Positions 11,702 through 22,002 of a DNA stretch of 64,000 bases are shown in pieces (position 1 is the first letter of the stretch; each line of letters opens with the position of its first letter). The notes below the pieces were generated by a model. That model made no database searches. It was not told the DNA's origin and saw nothing but the letters and a program-made list of their open reading frames with translations. The stretch lies in the NCBI GenBank assembly GCA_963771175.1, contig CAVYSY010000057.1, forward strand, positions 1-64,000. Reading direction: 5' to 3'. The DNA comes from an uncultured delta proteobacterium (GTDB lineage: Bacteria; Myxococcota; Myxococcia; Myxococcales; Myxococcaceae). Position numbers and translations under genes: made by a program.

Positions 11702-12799
11702 TCACCGCGCGTCCGGGTGTCCCGCCCGCGGCGCCTCGCTCTTGTCGGCGAGGAAGGCCATCAGCTCGTTCCAGGACTTCACGAAGGAGGCCGCGCCCTC
11801 GCGCTGGAGCTGCTCGGCCAGCGAGTCCATGTCCACCCCGGCGGTCTCGAACTCCTCCAGCACCTCGTCACACTCCCATTCATCGCGGGTCAGCAGCGGC
11901 CCGACCCGTCCGTGGTCGGCGAAGGCCAGCAGGGTGCTCTCCGGCAGGGTGTTGATGGTGTCCGGGGCGGCGAGCGCCTCCACGTAGAGGGTGTCCGGCG
12001 CGGAGGGGTCCTTCGTGCCGGTGCTCGCCCACAACAGCCGCTGCACCGGAGCGCCCTCGGACACCAGATGGCGAACACGCGCGCTCTCGCGCAGCTCGCA
12101 ATAGTTCCGGTAGGTGCGCTCGCCCACCGCGATGCCCAGCCGGTTGCGCAGCGACTCCGGAACCTGCCCCTCCACCGCCTTGTCCCAACGACTGATGAAG
12201 AGGGAGGCCACCGATGGCACGTCCGGCGAGCGCCCCGCCTCCAGCCGACGCTCGAGGCCCCGCAGGTATGCATCGGCCGCCGCCAGGTATTGCCTGGCCG
12301 AGAAGAGGAGCGTCACGTTGATGGGCACGCCCGCGAAGATGGCCTCCTCGATGGCTCGCAGGCCCGGAGGTGTGCCCGGAATCTTGATGAAGAGGTTGGG
12401 CAGCCAGGCCTGCTGGTGCAGGGCGATGGCCTGCTCGACGGAGGGCCCCGTCTGGTATGCCAGCAGCGGCGACAACTCCAAGGACACCCAGCCATCCAGA
12501 CCCCGGGTCCGCTGATGGATGGGCTGGAAGAGGGCCGCCGCGCGAGTGAGGTCCTCCAGCGCCAGCCGGAAGAAGAGCTGCTCGCCGCCCAGGCCCTTCC
12601 CCGCCTCGCGGGAGATGGATGCGTCGTAGTCGTGGCCGCGGCGGATGGCGTGGTCGAAGATGGTGGGGTTGGCGGTGAGCCCAGTGAGGGACAGGTCGGA
12701 GATGTAGTGCTCCAACCGCCCCGTCTCGAGCAGCTCGCGGCTGATGCTGTCCAACCAGAGGCTCTGGCCGGCCTCGTGCAATGCCTGGGTCGGAATCAT
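11702..12799 (-). CDS. tal: Transaldolase
   Basis: GQSLWLD, T(A)NPTIF, VSLELSP, NLFIKIPGT, INVTLLFS, QRLLWASTGTK. Confidence 0.96.
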   Translation of the reverse strand: MIPTQALHEAGQSLWLDSISRELLETGRLEHYISDLSLTGLTANPTIFDHAIRRGHDYDASISREAGKGLGGEQLFFRLALEDLTRAAALFQPIHQRTRGLDGWVSLELSPLLAYQTGPSVEQAIALHQQAWLPNLFIKIPGTPPGLRAIEEAIFAGVPINVTLLFSARQYLAAADAYLRGLERRLEAGRSPDVPSVASLFISRWDKAVEGQVPESLRNRLGIAVGERTYRNYCELRESARVRHLVSEGAPVQRLLWASTGTKDPSAPDTLYVEALAAPDTINTLPESTLLAFADHGRVGPLLTRDEWECDEVLEEFETAGVDMDSLAEQLQREGAASFVKSWNELMAFLADKSEAPRAGHPDAR

Positions 12800-12946
12800 G
12801 GCCCTGGCCTCCTTCCGTGAGGCACGGGCGGCCCGCGCCCCTCTCTCCGGTGAAGGTGTACACCCCGGGATGGGTGCGCAGGCCTGGGTGGGAGCCCAAA
12901 AGCTGGCTGGGAGGCGACCGGGCCCCCGGCGGAAAGGCGGGCGGCC

Positions 12947-13720
12947 TCAGGGAGTGACCGAGACCTCGACGTCCTCGGAGTGGAACAGGCCGCCCGTGCA
13001 GCCCGCCACACCGTTGCAGGTGAGCACCTCGCCCGGCGCGGTGCCGCTCAGGCGCAGGATGTACTGGCTCTCGACGGTGCCGCCGGGAACGCTCACCTGG
13101 GCCAGGTTGCCCTCCTGCTGCACGGGGAGCACGGCCTCGGCGCCACCGCCGAGGGGAATGAGGCGGGCCTCGACGGTCCCCTGGAGCGTGTCGGTCTCGG
13201 GGAGCCACACATAGGTATAGGTCTGCCCCCGCCGCAGCGTGCCGGGCGCGCCACTGGAGCGGAGGAAGCTCCGCTTGGCTTTGGCATCGTGGAGGACGAG
13301 CAGCACGGAGTGGGTGTCGTCCTGGAGGATGACGCGGAGGTCCTCGGTGGGCTCGTCGCGCCACTGCGCGGGGTCGAAGTCGAAGGTGGCGCGCGGGGAC
13401 TCGCACACCTCGCGCCCGCCGACGCCCGTGTCGGGGATGCCCCCGGGCTCGAGCTTCATGGGCTGGCCATTCAAGGTGGCGGTGACGCCCTCGGCGAGCC
13501 GGGCGCAGTTGGAGCCCGCGGAGAACGTCACGGTGACGCGGTGCGCGCCCACGGTCGAGTCACGCTCCAGCGAGTCCACGTCCGTGAGGGTGAGCTGGAG
13601 GGAGCGGTCCCTGAGGTCGGCGAGGGTGACGGGCTCGGCCACGGTGCGGCCACAGCCAGCGAGGAGTCCCAGCGCGGCGAGCGCGCCAACGACGCAACGA
13701 AGAGACGAAGCGGAAGCCAT
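12947..13720 (-). CDS. Hypothetical lipoprotein
   Basis: Lipobox LLAGC after a hydrophobic stretch; clean GC3-rich ORF. Confidence 0.75.
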   Translation of the reverse strand: MASASSLRCVVGALAALGLLAGCGRTVAEPVTLADLRDRSLQLTLTDVDSLERDSTVGAHRVTVTFSAGSNCARLAEGVTATLNGQPMKLEPGGIPDTGVGGREVCESPRATFDFDPAQWRDEPTEDLRVILQDDTHSVLLVLHDAKAKRSFLRSSGAPGTLRRGQTYTYVWLPETDTLQGTVEARLIPLGGGAEAVLPVQQEGNLAQVSVPGGTVESQYILRLSGTAPGEVLTCNGVAGCTGGLFHSEDVEVSVTP

Positions 13721-13869
13721 CAGGTCACCCTACCACCGCCTCCGGGAATGGCTCGGTTCACGACACCCGCACTCCCGGTCACCGGGCATCCAGGCGCCTC
13801 GGGCCTTGCTGGGTCCACCGCTTGGGGCCAACATCGGGCCGCGGTAGCTCGCGACACCGAGGAGGCAAC

Positions 13870-14970
13870 ATGGCCGGCCGTGTTCTCCATCTGGCGGCGG
13901 GAAACCTGTATGGGGGCGTGGAGACATTCCTCGTCACGCTGGCGAGGTCCCCCCGGCGGCTGGAGCACCGCTTCGCGCTCTTCTTCGAGGGTCGTCTGGC
14001 CTCGGAGCTGCGAGCGGCGGGGGCCTCCGTGGAGGTGCTCGGCCCGGCGCGGCTGGGACGGCCGTGGACGCTCGTGGGGCCCCAGCTCCGGCTGCGCCGG
14101 CTCCTGTCCTCGTGGCATCCGGACCTGGTGCTCTCCCACTCCACATGGCTGAAGGCCGCCGCGACCCCGGCGCTGCTCGGCCAGCGGCAGGCCCTCTTCG
14201 TCCACGGCCTGGTGGACCCGGGCTCCGCGCTGGATCGGCTGATGGCCTGGTTCCCTCCGGATGCCCTGCTCGCCAACTCGGCGTTCACGGCCGCGTCCGC
14301 CTCCGCCGTGGTGCCCCGGCTCACGCCGCTCGTCGCCGGCTGCCCCGTCGAGGACCGCACCCCGAAGGAGCCCAAGGTCCGTCAGTCCGTCCGCCAGGAG
14401 CTGGGAGTCGCCGAGGGAACGACGGTCCTCGCCCAGGTGAGCCGGATGGAGCCCGGCAAGGGCCAAGCCATCCTGCTGGAGGCACTCTCGCGGCTGGAGC
14501 GCGACGCGGCCTGGCAGTGCTGGTTGGTGGGTGGCGCCCAGCGCCCGGAGGAGCGGGCCTACGAGGAGCGGCTGCGAGCGCAGAGCGCAGAGTGGGGGCT
14601 GACGGACCGGGTGCGCTTCCTCGGCCAGCGCGCGGATGTCCCCCGACTGCTCGCCGGAGCGGACGTGTTCTGCCACCCCAACGTCGTCCCCGAGGGCTTC
14701 GGCATCGTCTTCGTCGAGGCGATGTATGCGGGCCTGCCCGTGCTGACGACGGACCTGGGCGGGGCCCGGGAGCTCGTCGTCGAGACATGTGGCGCCCGGG
14801 TGCCTCCCCGCGCGGACGCGGTCGCCGAGGTGCTCGCCCGGTGGGTGGCCCATCCCGAGCAGCGGCGGGCCCTGGGAAGCGCCGGCCGTCAGCGGGCGGA
14901 GGAACTCTACCTGCCCTCCGTCCGGGTTCGCCTGCTGGAGGATGCGCTGGAGCGCGCGATGCGGCCCTGA
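13870..14970 (+). CDS. Glycosyltransferase family 4
   Basis: GNLYGGVE; EGFGIVFVEAMYAGLPV; GGAGG SD. Confidence 0.92.
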   Translation: MAGRVLHLAAGNLYGGVETFLVTLARSPRRLEHRFALFFEGRLASELRAAGASVEVLGPARLGRPWTLVGPQLRLRRLLSSWHPDLVLSHSTWLKAAATPALLGQRQALFVHGLVDPGSALDRLMAWFPPDALLANSAFTAASASAVVPRLTPLVAGCPVEDRTPKEPKVRQSVRQELGVAEGTTVLAQVSRMEPGKGQAILLEALSRLERDAAWQCWLVGGAQRPEERAYEERLRAQSAEWGLTDRVRFLGQRADVPRLLAGADVFCHPNVVPEGFGIVFVEAMYAGLPVLTTDLGGARELVVETCGARVPPRADAVAEVLARWVAHPEQRRALGSAGRQRAEELYLPSVRVRLLEDALERAMRP

Positions 14971-14977
14971 AGCGGGT

Positions 14978-15607
14978 TCAGCGCTCGGCCAGCATCTGCT
15001 CCAGCCGGGCCTTCACCTCGGGCCACTCGGTGTCGATGAAGCCGTAGTACGCCGAGTCGCGCACCACCCCACCGCGCACCAGCATGTGGTGGCGGAGGAT
15101 GCCCTCGAAGCGCCCGCCGATGCGCTCGATGGCCGCCCGCGAGCGCACGTTGCGCCGATCCGTCTTGAGCTGCACCCGCATCACCTTCAGCTCCTCGAAG
15201 GCGTGGCGCAGCAGCAGGTACTTGCACTCGGTGTTCACCCGCGAGCGCCACACCCGCTTCGCGAGCCATGTGCTGCCAATCTCCAGGGTGCGGTGCTTGC
15301 GCTGGATGTCCAGGTAGCGCGTGCTGCCCACCGGCGAGCCCGTCTCCTTTTCGATGATGACGAAGGGGCGCTCCACCCCGCGCGCCGCCGCCTCCAGCGC
15401 GTCGGAGATGTACGCCTCCACGTCCTGGAGCGTGCGCAGTACCGCATTGGAGTGCTCGAAGATGTCGGGCTCGGCCACAGCGGAGAGAGCGGGCGCGTGG
15501 CTCATGGCCAGCGGCTCCAGACGCACCGCGCGCCCCTCCAGCGTCACAGGAGGGACGATGAGGGGCGTGGGCTCACGGTAGAGGACGGGGTCGTGCTCGG
15601 TGCTCAT
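14978..15607 (-). CDS. GNAT N-acetyltransferase (RimJ/RimL-like)
   Basis: LEGRAVRLEPL, GSTRYLDI, EIGSTWL, KTDRRNVRSRAAIERIG, VRDSAYY. Confidence 0.9.
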   Translation of the reverse strand: MSTEHDPVLYREPTPLIVPPVTLEGRAVRLEPLAMSHAPALSAVAEPDIFEHSNAVLRTLQDVEAYISDALEAAARGVERPFVIIEKETGSPVGSTRYLDIQRKHRTLEIGSTWLAKRVWRSRVNTECKYLLLRHAFEELKVMRVQLKTDRRNVRSRAAIERIGGRFEGILRHHMLVRGGVVRDSAYYGFIDTEWPEVKARLEQMLAER

Positions 15608-15669
15608 GGGGCTCCGGGGTGTATCCCCTTCCCCGGACCCCACACCGCGTCCAGGGAGCACAGGCGCGC

Positions 15670-17187
15670 TCAGAAGTAGCGCTTGCGCTTGCTGCTCGGG
15701 AGGATGTTCAGCACCTCGCGGTACTTGGCCACCGTGCGCCGGGCGATCTCCGTGCCCTGCGCCTTGAGCAGCTCCACAATCTTCTGGTCCGAGTACGGGT
15801 TGCGCGGGTCTTCCTGCGCCACGAGCTGCTTGATGTGGTGCTTCACCGCCTCGCTCGCCGTGTCCTCGCCGGACACGCGCGCAATCGACGAGTTGAAGAA
15901 GTACTTCAGCTCGAAGATGCCCTGCGGGGTGTGCACGTACTTGTTCGTCGTCACGCGCGACACCGTGGACTCGTGCATGCCGATGTCCTCGGCCACGTCC
16001 CGGAGGATGAGCGGCTTGAGGTGGGCAATCCCCTTGTCCAGGAAGTCCCGCTGGAACTTCACGATGCTCTCGGTCACCTTGTAGATGGTGCGCTGGCGCT
16101 GGTGGATGGAGCGGATGAGCCACTGCGCGCTGCGCAGCTTCTCCTGGATGAACTCCTTCGTCTGCCCCGGCCCCACCCCGCCACTCTTCAGCGCGTTGCG
16201 GTACATGCCCGAGATGCGCAGCTTCGACAGGCCGTCGTCGTTGAGCACCACCGTGTAGTCGTCCTCGCTCAGCTTGTAGACGAACACGTCGGGGGTGATG
16301 TACTGCGCGTCGTCCCCGCTGAAGTTGCGGCCCGGCTTCGGATCCAACTTCGGCAGCAGCTTGGACGCCTCCACCACCTCCTCGAGCGTCACCTTCAGGT
16401 CCTTCGCAATGGCCGGAAGGTTCTTGCTCTCGAGGTACTTCATGTGCCGCTTGATGATGAGGCCCAGCAGCGACGCGTGCTTGTCCTTGAGCGCGGCCAC
16501 CTGGATGAGCAGGCACTCCTGCAAGTCCCTCGCGGCGCAGCCCTTGGGCTCCAGGTTCTGGATGCGGCGCAGCGTCCGCTCCGCCACCGACATGGGCACG
16601 TCCGCCTCGTTGGCCAGGCGGATGAGCGGGTCTCCCTCCACATCGTCCAGCTTCAGGTACCCGTCATGGTCCAGGTTGCCGAGGATGAGCATGCCGACGC
16701 GCCGCTCGGCCTCGTTGAGCCGCAGCGTCCCGAGCTGCTCCTGGAGATGGTCGACCAGGTCCTCCTTCTCCACGAGGTTGGCCTCGAAGGAGGGCATGTC
16801 CTCGGTCGCCACGTTGCCCTTGTTGGAGGCGGTCGTCGGCTCGTTGAACTGGTAGCTGTTGAGGTAGGCCTCCCAGTCGATCTCGGGCGGGCCATCGCCG
16901 TCGGCCTTGAACTCCGGCGCGGAGTCCGGCGTCCGGGAATCCGCGATATCCGCAGGAATCTCGGTGTTCGCCGCCTCCATCGACGCCTCGCCCGGCTCCT
17001 TGTCGGCGGTGTCGCCGAAGGGCGTTTCGTCCGGTTGCTCCAGCAGCGGATTCTGGTCCATCTCCTCCCGGACCTGCTCCAGCAGCTCCATCCGGGAGAG
17101 TTGCAGCAGCTTGATGGCCTGCTGCAGCTGGGGCGTCATCACCAGCTGCTGCGACAGCTTCAGGCTCTGCTTGAGTTCCATCGCCAT
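15670..17187 (-). CDS. rpoN: RNA polymerase sigma-54 factor
   Basis: QQLVMTPQLQQAIKLLQL, MHESTVSR, RpoN box ARRTVAKYRE. Confidence 0.99.
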   Translation of the reverse strand: MAMELKQSLKLSQQLVMTPQLQQAIKLLQLSRMELLEQVREEMDQNPLLEQPDETPFGDTADKEPGEASMEAANTEIPADIADSRTPDSAPEFKADGDGPPEIDWEAYLNSYQFNEPTTASNKGNVATEDMPSFEANLVEKEDLVDHLQEQLGTLRLNEAERRVGMLILGNLDHDGYLKLDDVEGDPLIRLANEADVPMSVAERTLRRIQNLEPKGCAARDLQECLLIQVAALKDKHASLLGLIIKRHMKYLESKNLPAIAKDLKVTLEEVVEASKLLPKLDPKPGRNFSGDDAQYITPDVFVYKLSEDDYTVVLNDDGLSKLRISGMYRNALKSGGVGPGQTKEFIQEKLRSAQWLIRSIHQRQRTIYKVTESIVKFQRDFLDKGIAHLKPLILRDVAEDIGMHESTVSRVTTNKYVHTPQGIFELKYFFNSSIARVSGEDTASEAVKHHIKQLVAQEDPRNPYSDQKIVELLKAQGTEIARRTVAKYREVLNILPSSKRKRYF

Positions 17188-17309
17188 TCGGAGGTCTCCC
17201 GACCAGATCAACAATCCCTTCGATGGCGAACCGCCATCAAGGACCGTGCCAAAGTAACAAGGGCCCCTGACTTCGTCCAGTGTCCGAGAGTCCGGCCTGC
17301 GCTTTGCAT

Positions 17310-17345
17310 TGTGTGAATTTCTTCTTTTATTCCAACAACTTACAC
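17310..17345. promoter_or_regulatory. AT-rich tract with IHF-like site upstream of rpoN
   Basis: AATTTCTTCTTTTATTCCAACAACTTA; 17330-17342 matches WATCAANNNNTTR with 2 mismatches, in a high-GC background. Confidence 0.35.
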
Positions 17346-17449
17346 GGCCTCACCCGCCCGAGAGTCGTTCAACAATGGACGTGGACGGGGGCAGTCCCAA
17401 GGGGCCCCGACCGGCCCCCGGACGCAATCTAGGGCCGGTTTCTCGGCCT

Positions 17450-18187
17450 TCAAACCGACTGCAAGCGGAATCGCTCGCCGAGGTACACGGCGCGGGCGCG
17501 GGCCGAGGACGCAATCTGCTCCGGCGTGCCCTCTTCCAGGATTTGACCCTGTGCGATGATGTAGGCGCGGTCGCAGATGCCCAGGGTGTCCTGGACGTTG
17601 TGGTCGGTGATGAGGACGCCCAGCCCGCGGGACTTCAGGAGGGCGATCTGCCGCTGGAGGTCCCCCACGTTGATGGGGTCCACCCCGGCGAAGGGCTCGT
17701 CGAAGAGGATGAAGCGGGGGTTGGGGATGAGGGAGCGGGCGATCTCCGCGCGGCGGCGCTCGCCCCCGGAGAGCGTCTCGCCGAGCGAGTCGGCCACGTG
17801 GCCGAGGCCGAACTCCTCCAGCAGCTCACTGGCGCGCTTCTCGCGGGCGGCCACGTCGAGGCCCTTCTGCAGCTCCAGCACGGCCAGGAAGTTCTGGCGC
17901 ACGGTGAGCTTGCGGAAGATGGAGGCCTCCTGGGGGAGGTAGCCCAGACCGCGACGGGAGCGCCGGTGCATGGGGAGGTGGGTGAGGTCCTCGCCGTCCA
18001 CGCGCACCCGGCCGGCGTCGGGCCGCACGAGGCCCACCACCATGTTGAAGCTGGTCGTCTTGCCCGCGCCGTTGGGGCCGAGCAGCCCCACCACCTCACC
18101 CTCGGCGACGTGGAAGGACACACCCCTCACCACCTGGCGTCGCCGGAAGGTCTTCTCCAGGCCCTCGGCCCACAACCGCCCGCTCAT
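17450..18187 (-). CDS. lptB: LPS export ABC transporter ATPase
   Basis: GPNGAGKTT, GYLPQEASIFRKL, LSGGERRR, DEPFAGVDP, ITDHNV; directly upstream of rpoN. Confidence 0.98.
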   Translation of the reverse strand: MSGRLWAEGLEKTFRRRQVVRGVSFHVAEGEVVGLLGPNGAGKTTSFNMVVGLVRPDAGRVRVDGEDLTHLPMHRRSRRGLGYLPQEASIFRKLTVRQNFLAVLELQKGLDVAAREKRASELLEEFGLGHVADSLGETLSGGERRRAEIARSLIPNPRFILFDEPFAGVDPINVGDLQRQIALLKSRGLGVLITDHNVQDTLGICDRAYIIAQGQILEEGTPEQIASSARARAVYLGERFRLQSV

Positions 18188-19161
18188 GGCTGCTTCGTGC
18201 TCCCGGTGTTCGTGTTGCCCGGCGCGTTGCCCGGGTTGCCCTTGCCCTTGCGCTGCTGCTGCTGCTCCCGGAGCGGCGCCGTCTCGACGGTGACGACGGC
18301 GTTCTCCACCTCGAAGTTCTCGTTGCCCAGCGTCATGCGCACCCGGGTGCCCCTCAGGTGCGTCGTGGGATCGCGCGCCTCGGGGTTGCCCGTCAGCACC
18401 AGCACGCCGGTGGGGACGTTGAACTCGGCCCGCTCGCCTTTCGCCGTCCGGACGCCGTCCACCGCGCGCACGTTGCCCACACAGTCCGCGCGCGTCACCT
18501 CGCCCGCGCCGTTGTAGTGGGCGATCATCTTGTCGCACCGCAGATCCATCGTCCGGTGCTTCACCACCACGTCGCCCGTGAAGACGGCCTGGGTGGGCGT
18601 GCCGGAGACCCGCCTGGCGGAGATGTCCGCCGAGGTGGGAACAGGAGACTCCTTGCCTCCGCTCTTGCGCCGCTGCTGCGCCAGGGGGGCCGCATCGACG
18701 GTGACGACGGCGTTCTCCACCTCGTAGTTCCGGGTACCCTGCGTCATGCGCACCTGGGAGCCCCGGAGGTGCGTCTTCGCATCCCTCGCCTCGGGGTTGC
18801 CCGTCACCACCAGCACGCCGGTGGGCACGTCGAAGTCGGCCCGCTCGCCCTGGGCGGTGCGCTCGCCTTCCACCGCGCGCACGTTGCCCACGCACTCCAC
18901 CCGCGTCACCTCGCGCGGGCCGTTGTAGGAGGCGATCATCTCGTCGCACCGCAGGTCCATCGTCCGGTGCTTCACCACCACGTCGCCCTTGAAGCTGGCC
19001 TGGTTGCGCGAGCCGGACACCCGCTTGGAGGAAATCTCCACCGGGGCGCTCAGCGGGGTGGCCCGCGACTGGGTGGAGGGGCGAGCACCCGCGTCGGGGG
19101 CGCCCGCGGCCGACTTCACCGGCTGGCCCGCGAAGAAGGCCATCACGAGGTACTCAATCAC
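18184..19161 (-). CDS. lptA: LptA/OstA-family protein with two tandem beta-jellyroll domains
   Basis: Between lptC and lptB; two copies of GDVVVKHRTMDLRCD...TGNPEARD...ENAVVTV, 411 nt apart. Confidence 0.9.
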   Translation of the reverse strand: MIEYLVMAFFAGQPVKSAAGAPDAGARPSTQSRATPLSAPVEISSKRVSGSRNQASFKGDVVVKHRTMDLRCDEMIASYNGPREVTRVECVGNVRAVEGERTAQGERADFDVPTGVLVVTGNPEARDAKTHLRGSQVRMTQGTRNYEVENAVVTVDAAPLAQQRRKSGGKESPVPTSADISARRVSGTPTQAVFTGDVVVKHRTMDLRCDKMIAHYNGAGEVTRADCVGNVRAVDGVRTAKGERAEFNVPTGVLVLTGNPEARDPTTHLRGTRVRMTLGNENFEVENAVVTVETAPLREQQQQRKGKGNPGNAPGNTNTGSTKQP

Positions 19162-19693
19162 GCGCGGCTCCCAGGACGGTCTGCACCGACTGCTCCGAGC
19201 CCTCGAAGGTAAAACGCCCATCGGGCAAGGACACCCAGAAGATGTCCGCGGTGAGGCGGTAGTCCGGCCCCTTCACCTGCACGCCCTCGGTGCCCCGCAC
19301 CGACTGCTCGGCCCCGTCATAGGTGGCCCGGGGCGTGCGCGCCACCATCCCGGAGGAGGTGCGCACCACCACGTCGCCCGAGGCCACCATCTGCTGAGTG
19401 CCCAGGTTGCCCTCCATGAGTCGCGCCCGCACCGTCGTGTCGCCCGACTCGCCCTGCCCCGGGTTCTTGTCCAGGACGCGCAGGGTGGCCTGGGTGGCGC
19501 TGAGGTCGCCCGTGCGGTGGTAGGTGGCGTGCTCGGCCTGCCCCGTCATGGACAGGGTGCTGCCCTCGAACGAGCGCAGCTTCACCCCGTGCATCACCAC
19601 GGCGGGCGGCTCGGAGGCGCCTCCGGGCACTGGATTCGGCGTGCAGGCCGCCAGGAGGGCGAGGAGGCTCATGGGGAGGAAGGCGCGAGGCAC
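19154..19693 (-). CDS. lptC: LPS export periplasmic protein LptC (lipobox LLAAC)
   Basis: Position in the lpt operon; beta-jellyroll-like sequence ASGDVVVRT; start approximate. Confidence 0.8.
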   Translation of the reverse strand: MPRAFLPMSLLALLAACTPNPVPGGASEPPAVVMHGVKLRSFEGSTLSMTGQAEHATYHRTGDLSATQATLRVLDKNPGQGESGDTTVRARLMEGNLGTQQMVASGDVVVRTSSGMVARTPRATYDGAEQSVRGTEGVQVKGPDYRLTADIFWVSLPDGRFTFEGSEQSVQTVLGAARD

Positions 19694-19707
19694 GGGGCCA
19701 CTCTCTA

Positions 19708-20670
19708 TCACCGGGCCGGTGTGGGCGCTCCTGCCGTGAGCACGCCCGCCGGCTCGGGGGGCCGCGTCTTCCAGCGCTGGTGCATCCAGACCCACTGCTC
19801 GGGGGCCCGGCGGATGGCCGCCTCTATCCGCTGCGAGAGGGCGGCCGTGAGGGTCAGGGCATCGGCCTCGCGGTCCTCGCTCGCCCGCCAGGGCACCTCC
19901 TCCATCCACAGCCGGTAGCCGTCGCCCTCGCGCTGGCAGAAGCCCACCACCACCGCCGCGCCCGTGCGCAGCGCCAGGTCCGCCGCCGCCCGGGGCGTGG
20001 CCGCCAGCTCTCCGAAGAAGGGCACGAAGAGGGACTGCACCTTGGTGTCCTGGTCGATGAGCAGCCCCAGGATTTCGCCGGACTTGAGGGCGCGCAGCAT
20101 GGCCCGCGCCGCGCCCTCCTGGCCGCGCCAGATGCTGCGCACCCCGCCCAGGGCCCGGAAGCGCTCGACGAGCGCGGTGAGCCTCGGGTCCGTGGTCTCC
20201 TTGGCGATGCTCTGGCTGGGGTAGCCCGCCCGCGCCACCCGCCGGGCCAGCAATTCCCAGTTGCCCACATGGCCGGAGATGAAGACGACGCCCTTGCCCC
20301 GGGCGAGCGCCGCGTCCAGGACGCCCCGGTCCTCCGCCGACCAGTGCACCAGGTCCTCGAGCTGCCGGTCCATGGCGGCGGTGGCCCCCACCTCGAAGGC
20401 GGCCATGCCCAGGTGGCGGAAGGAGGCGCGGGCCAGGGCATGCCGCTCCGCGTCGGACTTCTCCGGGAAGGCTCGGGCCAGGGACTTCAAGGCCTTACGG
20501 CGCTCCCCTCCGGCCACGGCGAAGGCGAACCGGCCGAAACCGGCCCCCAACCCCCGGGCAAGTCCCAGTGGGAGGCGACTGACGATGGTCAGTGCCGCAC
20601 GGACGAGCAGGTAGCGGAGGAAACGCTTGAGACGCTTTGCTAAGGGTGGGCGCTCCACGAGCGGTTCCAT
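19708..20670 (-). CDS. Lipid A late acyltransferase (LpxL/HtrB family)
   Basis: GHVGNWELL, LLIDQD, VPFFG, PEQWVWMHQRWKTRP. Confidence 0.92.
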   Translation of the reverse strand: MEPLVERPPLAKRLKRFLRYLLVRAALTIVSRLPLGLARGLGAGFGRFAFAVAGGERRKALKSLARAFPEKSDAERHALARASFRHLGMAAFEVGATAAMDRQLEDLVHWSAEDRGVLDAALARGKGVVFISGHVGNWELLARRVARAGYPSQSIAKETTDPRLTALVERFRALGGVRSIWRGQEGAARAMLRALKSGEILGLLIDQDTKVQSLFVPFFGELAATPRAAADLALRTGAAVVVGFCQREGDGYRLWMEEVPWRASEDREADALTLTAALSQRIEAAIRRAPEQWVWMHQRWKTRPPEPAGVLTAGAPTPAR

Positions 20671-20675
20671 ATCCC

Positions 20676-22002
20676 ATGCGCGAATACAACTTCGACGGCA
20701 TCGTCGGTCCCACCCACAATTACGGCGGTCTCTCGCCCGGCAACCTGGCGTCCACCGTCCACGGGGGCGAGGTGAGCCACCCCCGCGAAGCCGCCCTCCA
20801 GGGACTGGAGAAGATGCGCTTCGTGGCGGGCCTCGGGGTGGGCCAGGCCGTGCTGCCCCCCCAGCCGAGGCCCTCGCTGAAGGCCCTGCGCGCCCTGGGC
20901 TTCACCGGCTCGGACGAGGAGGTCATCACCCGGGCCGGGCGCGAGGCCGAGCACCTGCTGCGGCTGACCTCCAGCTCCGCCGCCATGTGGACGGCGAACG
21001 CGGCCACGGGGGCACCCTCGGAGGACACGGCGGACGGGCGGATGCACCTGACGCCGGCCAACCTCCAGCAGATGTTCCACCGGGCGCTGGAGGCGGAGAC
21101 GACGCACTCGGTGCTGCGCGCCATCTTCGCGGACGAGAAGCACTTCGCCGTCCACGCCCCGCTGCCCGGCGGCGGGCACTTCGCGGACGAGGGCGCGGCC
21201 AACCACACCCGGCTCTCCACCCCCGGGCACAAGGCGGTGCACCTGTTCGCCTGGGGCCGGAGCGCGTGGCGGGAGGACGTGCGCCACCCCACCCGCTTCC
21301 CCGCCCGGCAGACGCTCGAGGCCAGCCAGGCGCTGGCGCGGCTCCACAAGCTGGACCCCGCGCAGGTGCTGCTGCCGCAGCAGGCCCCCGAGGGCATCGA
21401 CGCGGGCGCCTTCCACACGGACGTGCATGGCGGTGGGCAACGGCAGCTTCCTCATGCTGCACGAGCTGGCCTTCGTGGACCCCCAGGGGCTGCTGAAGAC
21501 GCTGCGCGAGAAGCTCGGCGAGGACTTCACGTACACGCTGGCCACGAGCGAGGAGCTGCCCCCGCGCGACGCGGTGAAGGCCTACCCGTTCAACTCGCAG
21601 GTGCTGACGCTGCCGGACGGCACCATGGCCATCGTCGCGCCGGAGGAGGCCCGGGAGACGGAGCCGGCGCGGCGCTTCCTGGAGCGCGTGGTGGCCGAGA
21701 ACAACCCGGTGAAGCGCGTCTATTACCTGGACGTGCGCCAGTCGATGAACAACGGCGGCGGCCCGGCGTGCCTGCGCCAGCGCGTGTGGCTCACCGACAC
21801 GGAGCGCGCCGCGGTGAAGGCCAACGTCTTCTACACCCCGGAGCTGCACGAGGCGCTCGCCAACTGGGTGAAGCGACACTACCGCGAGGACCTGCGCGCC
21901 AAGGACCTGGCGGACCCGAAGCTGGCACGCGAGACGATGACGGCGCTCGACGAGCTCACGCGCATCCTCAACCTGGGCAGCGTCTACGACTTCCAGAAGT
22001 GA
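20676..22002 (+). CDS. astB: N-succinylarginine dihydrolase; frameshift near 21425
   Basis: EYNFDGIVGPTHNYGGLS, MWTANAAT, DEGAANHTR, QSMNNGGGPACLR, GSVYDFQK. Confidence 0.96.
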
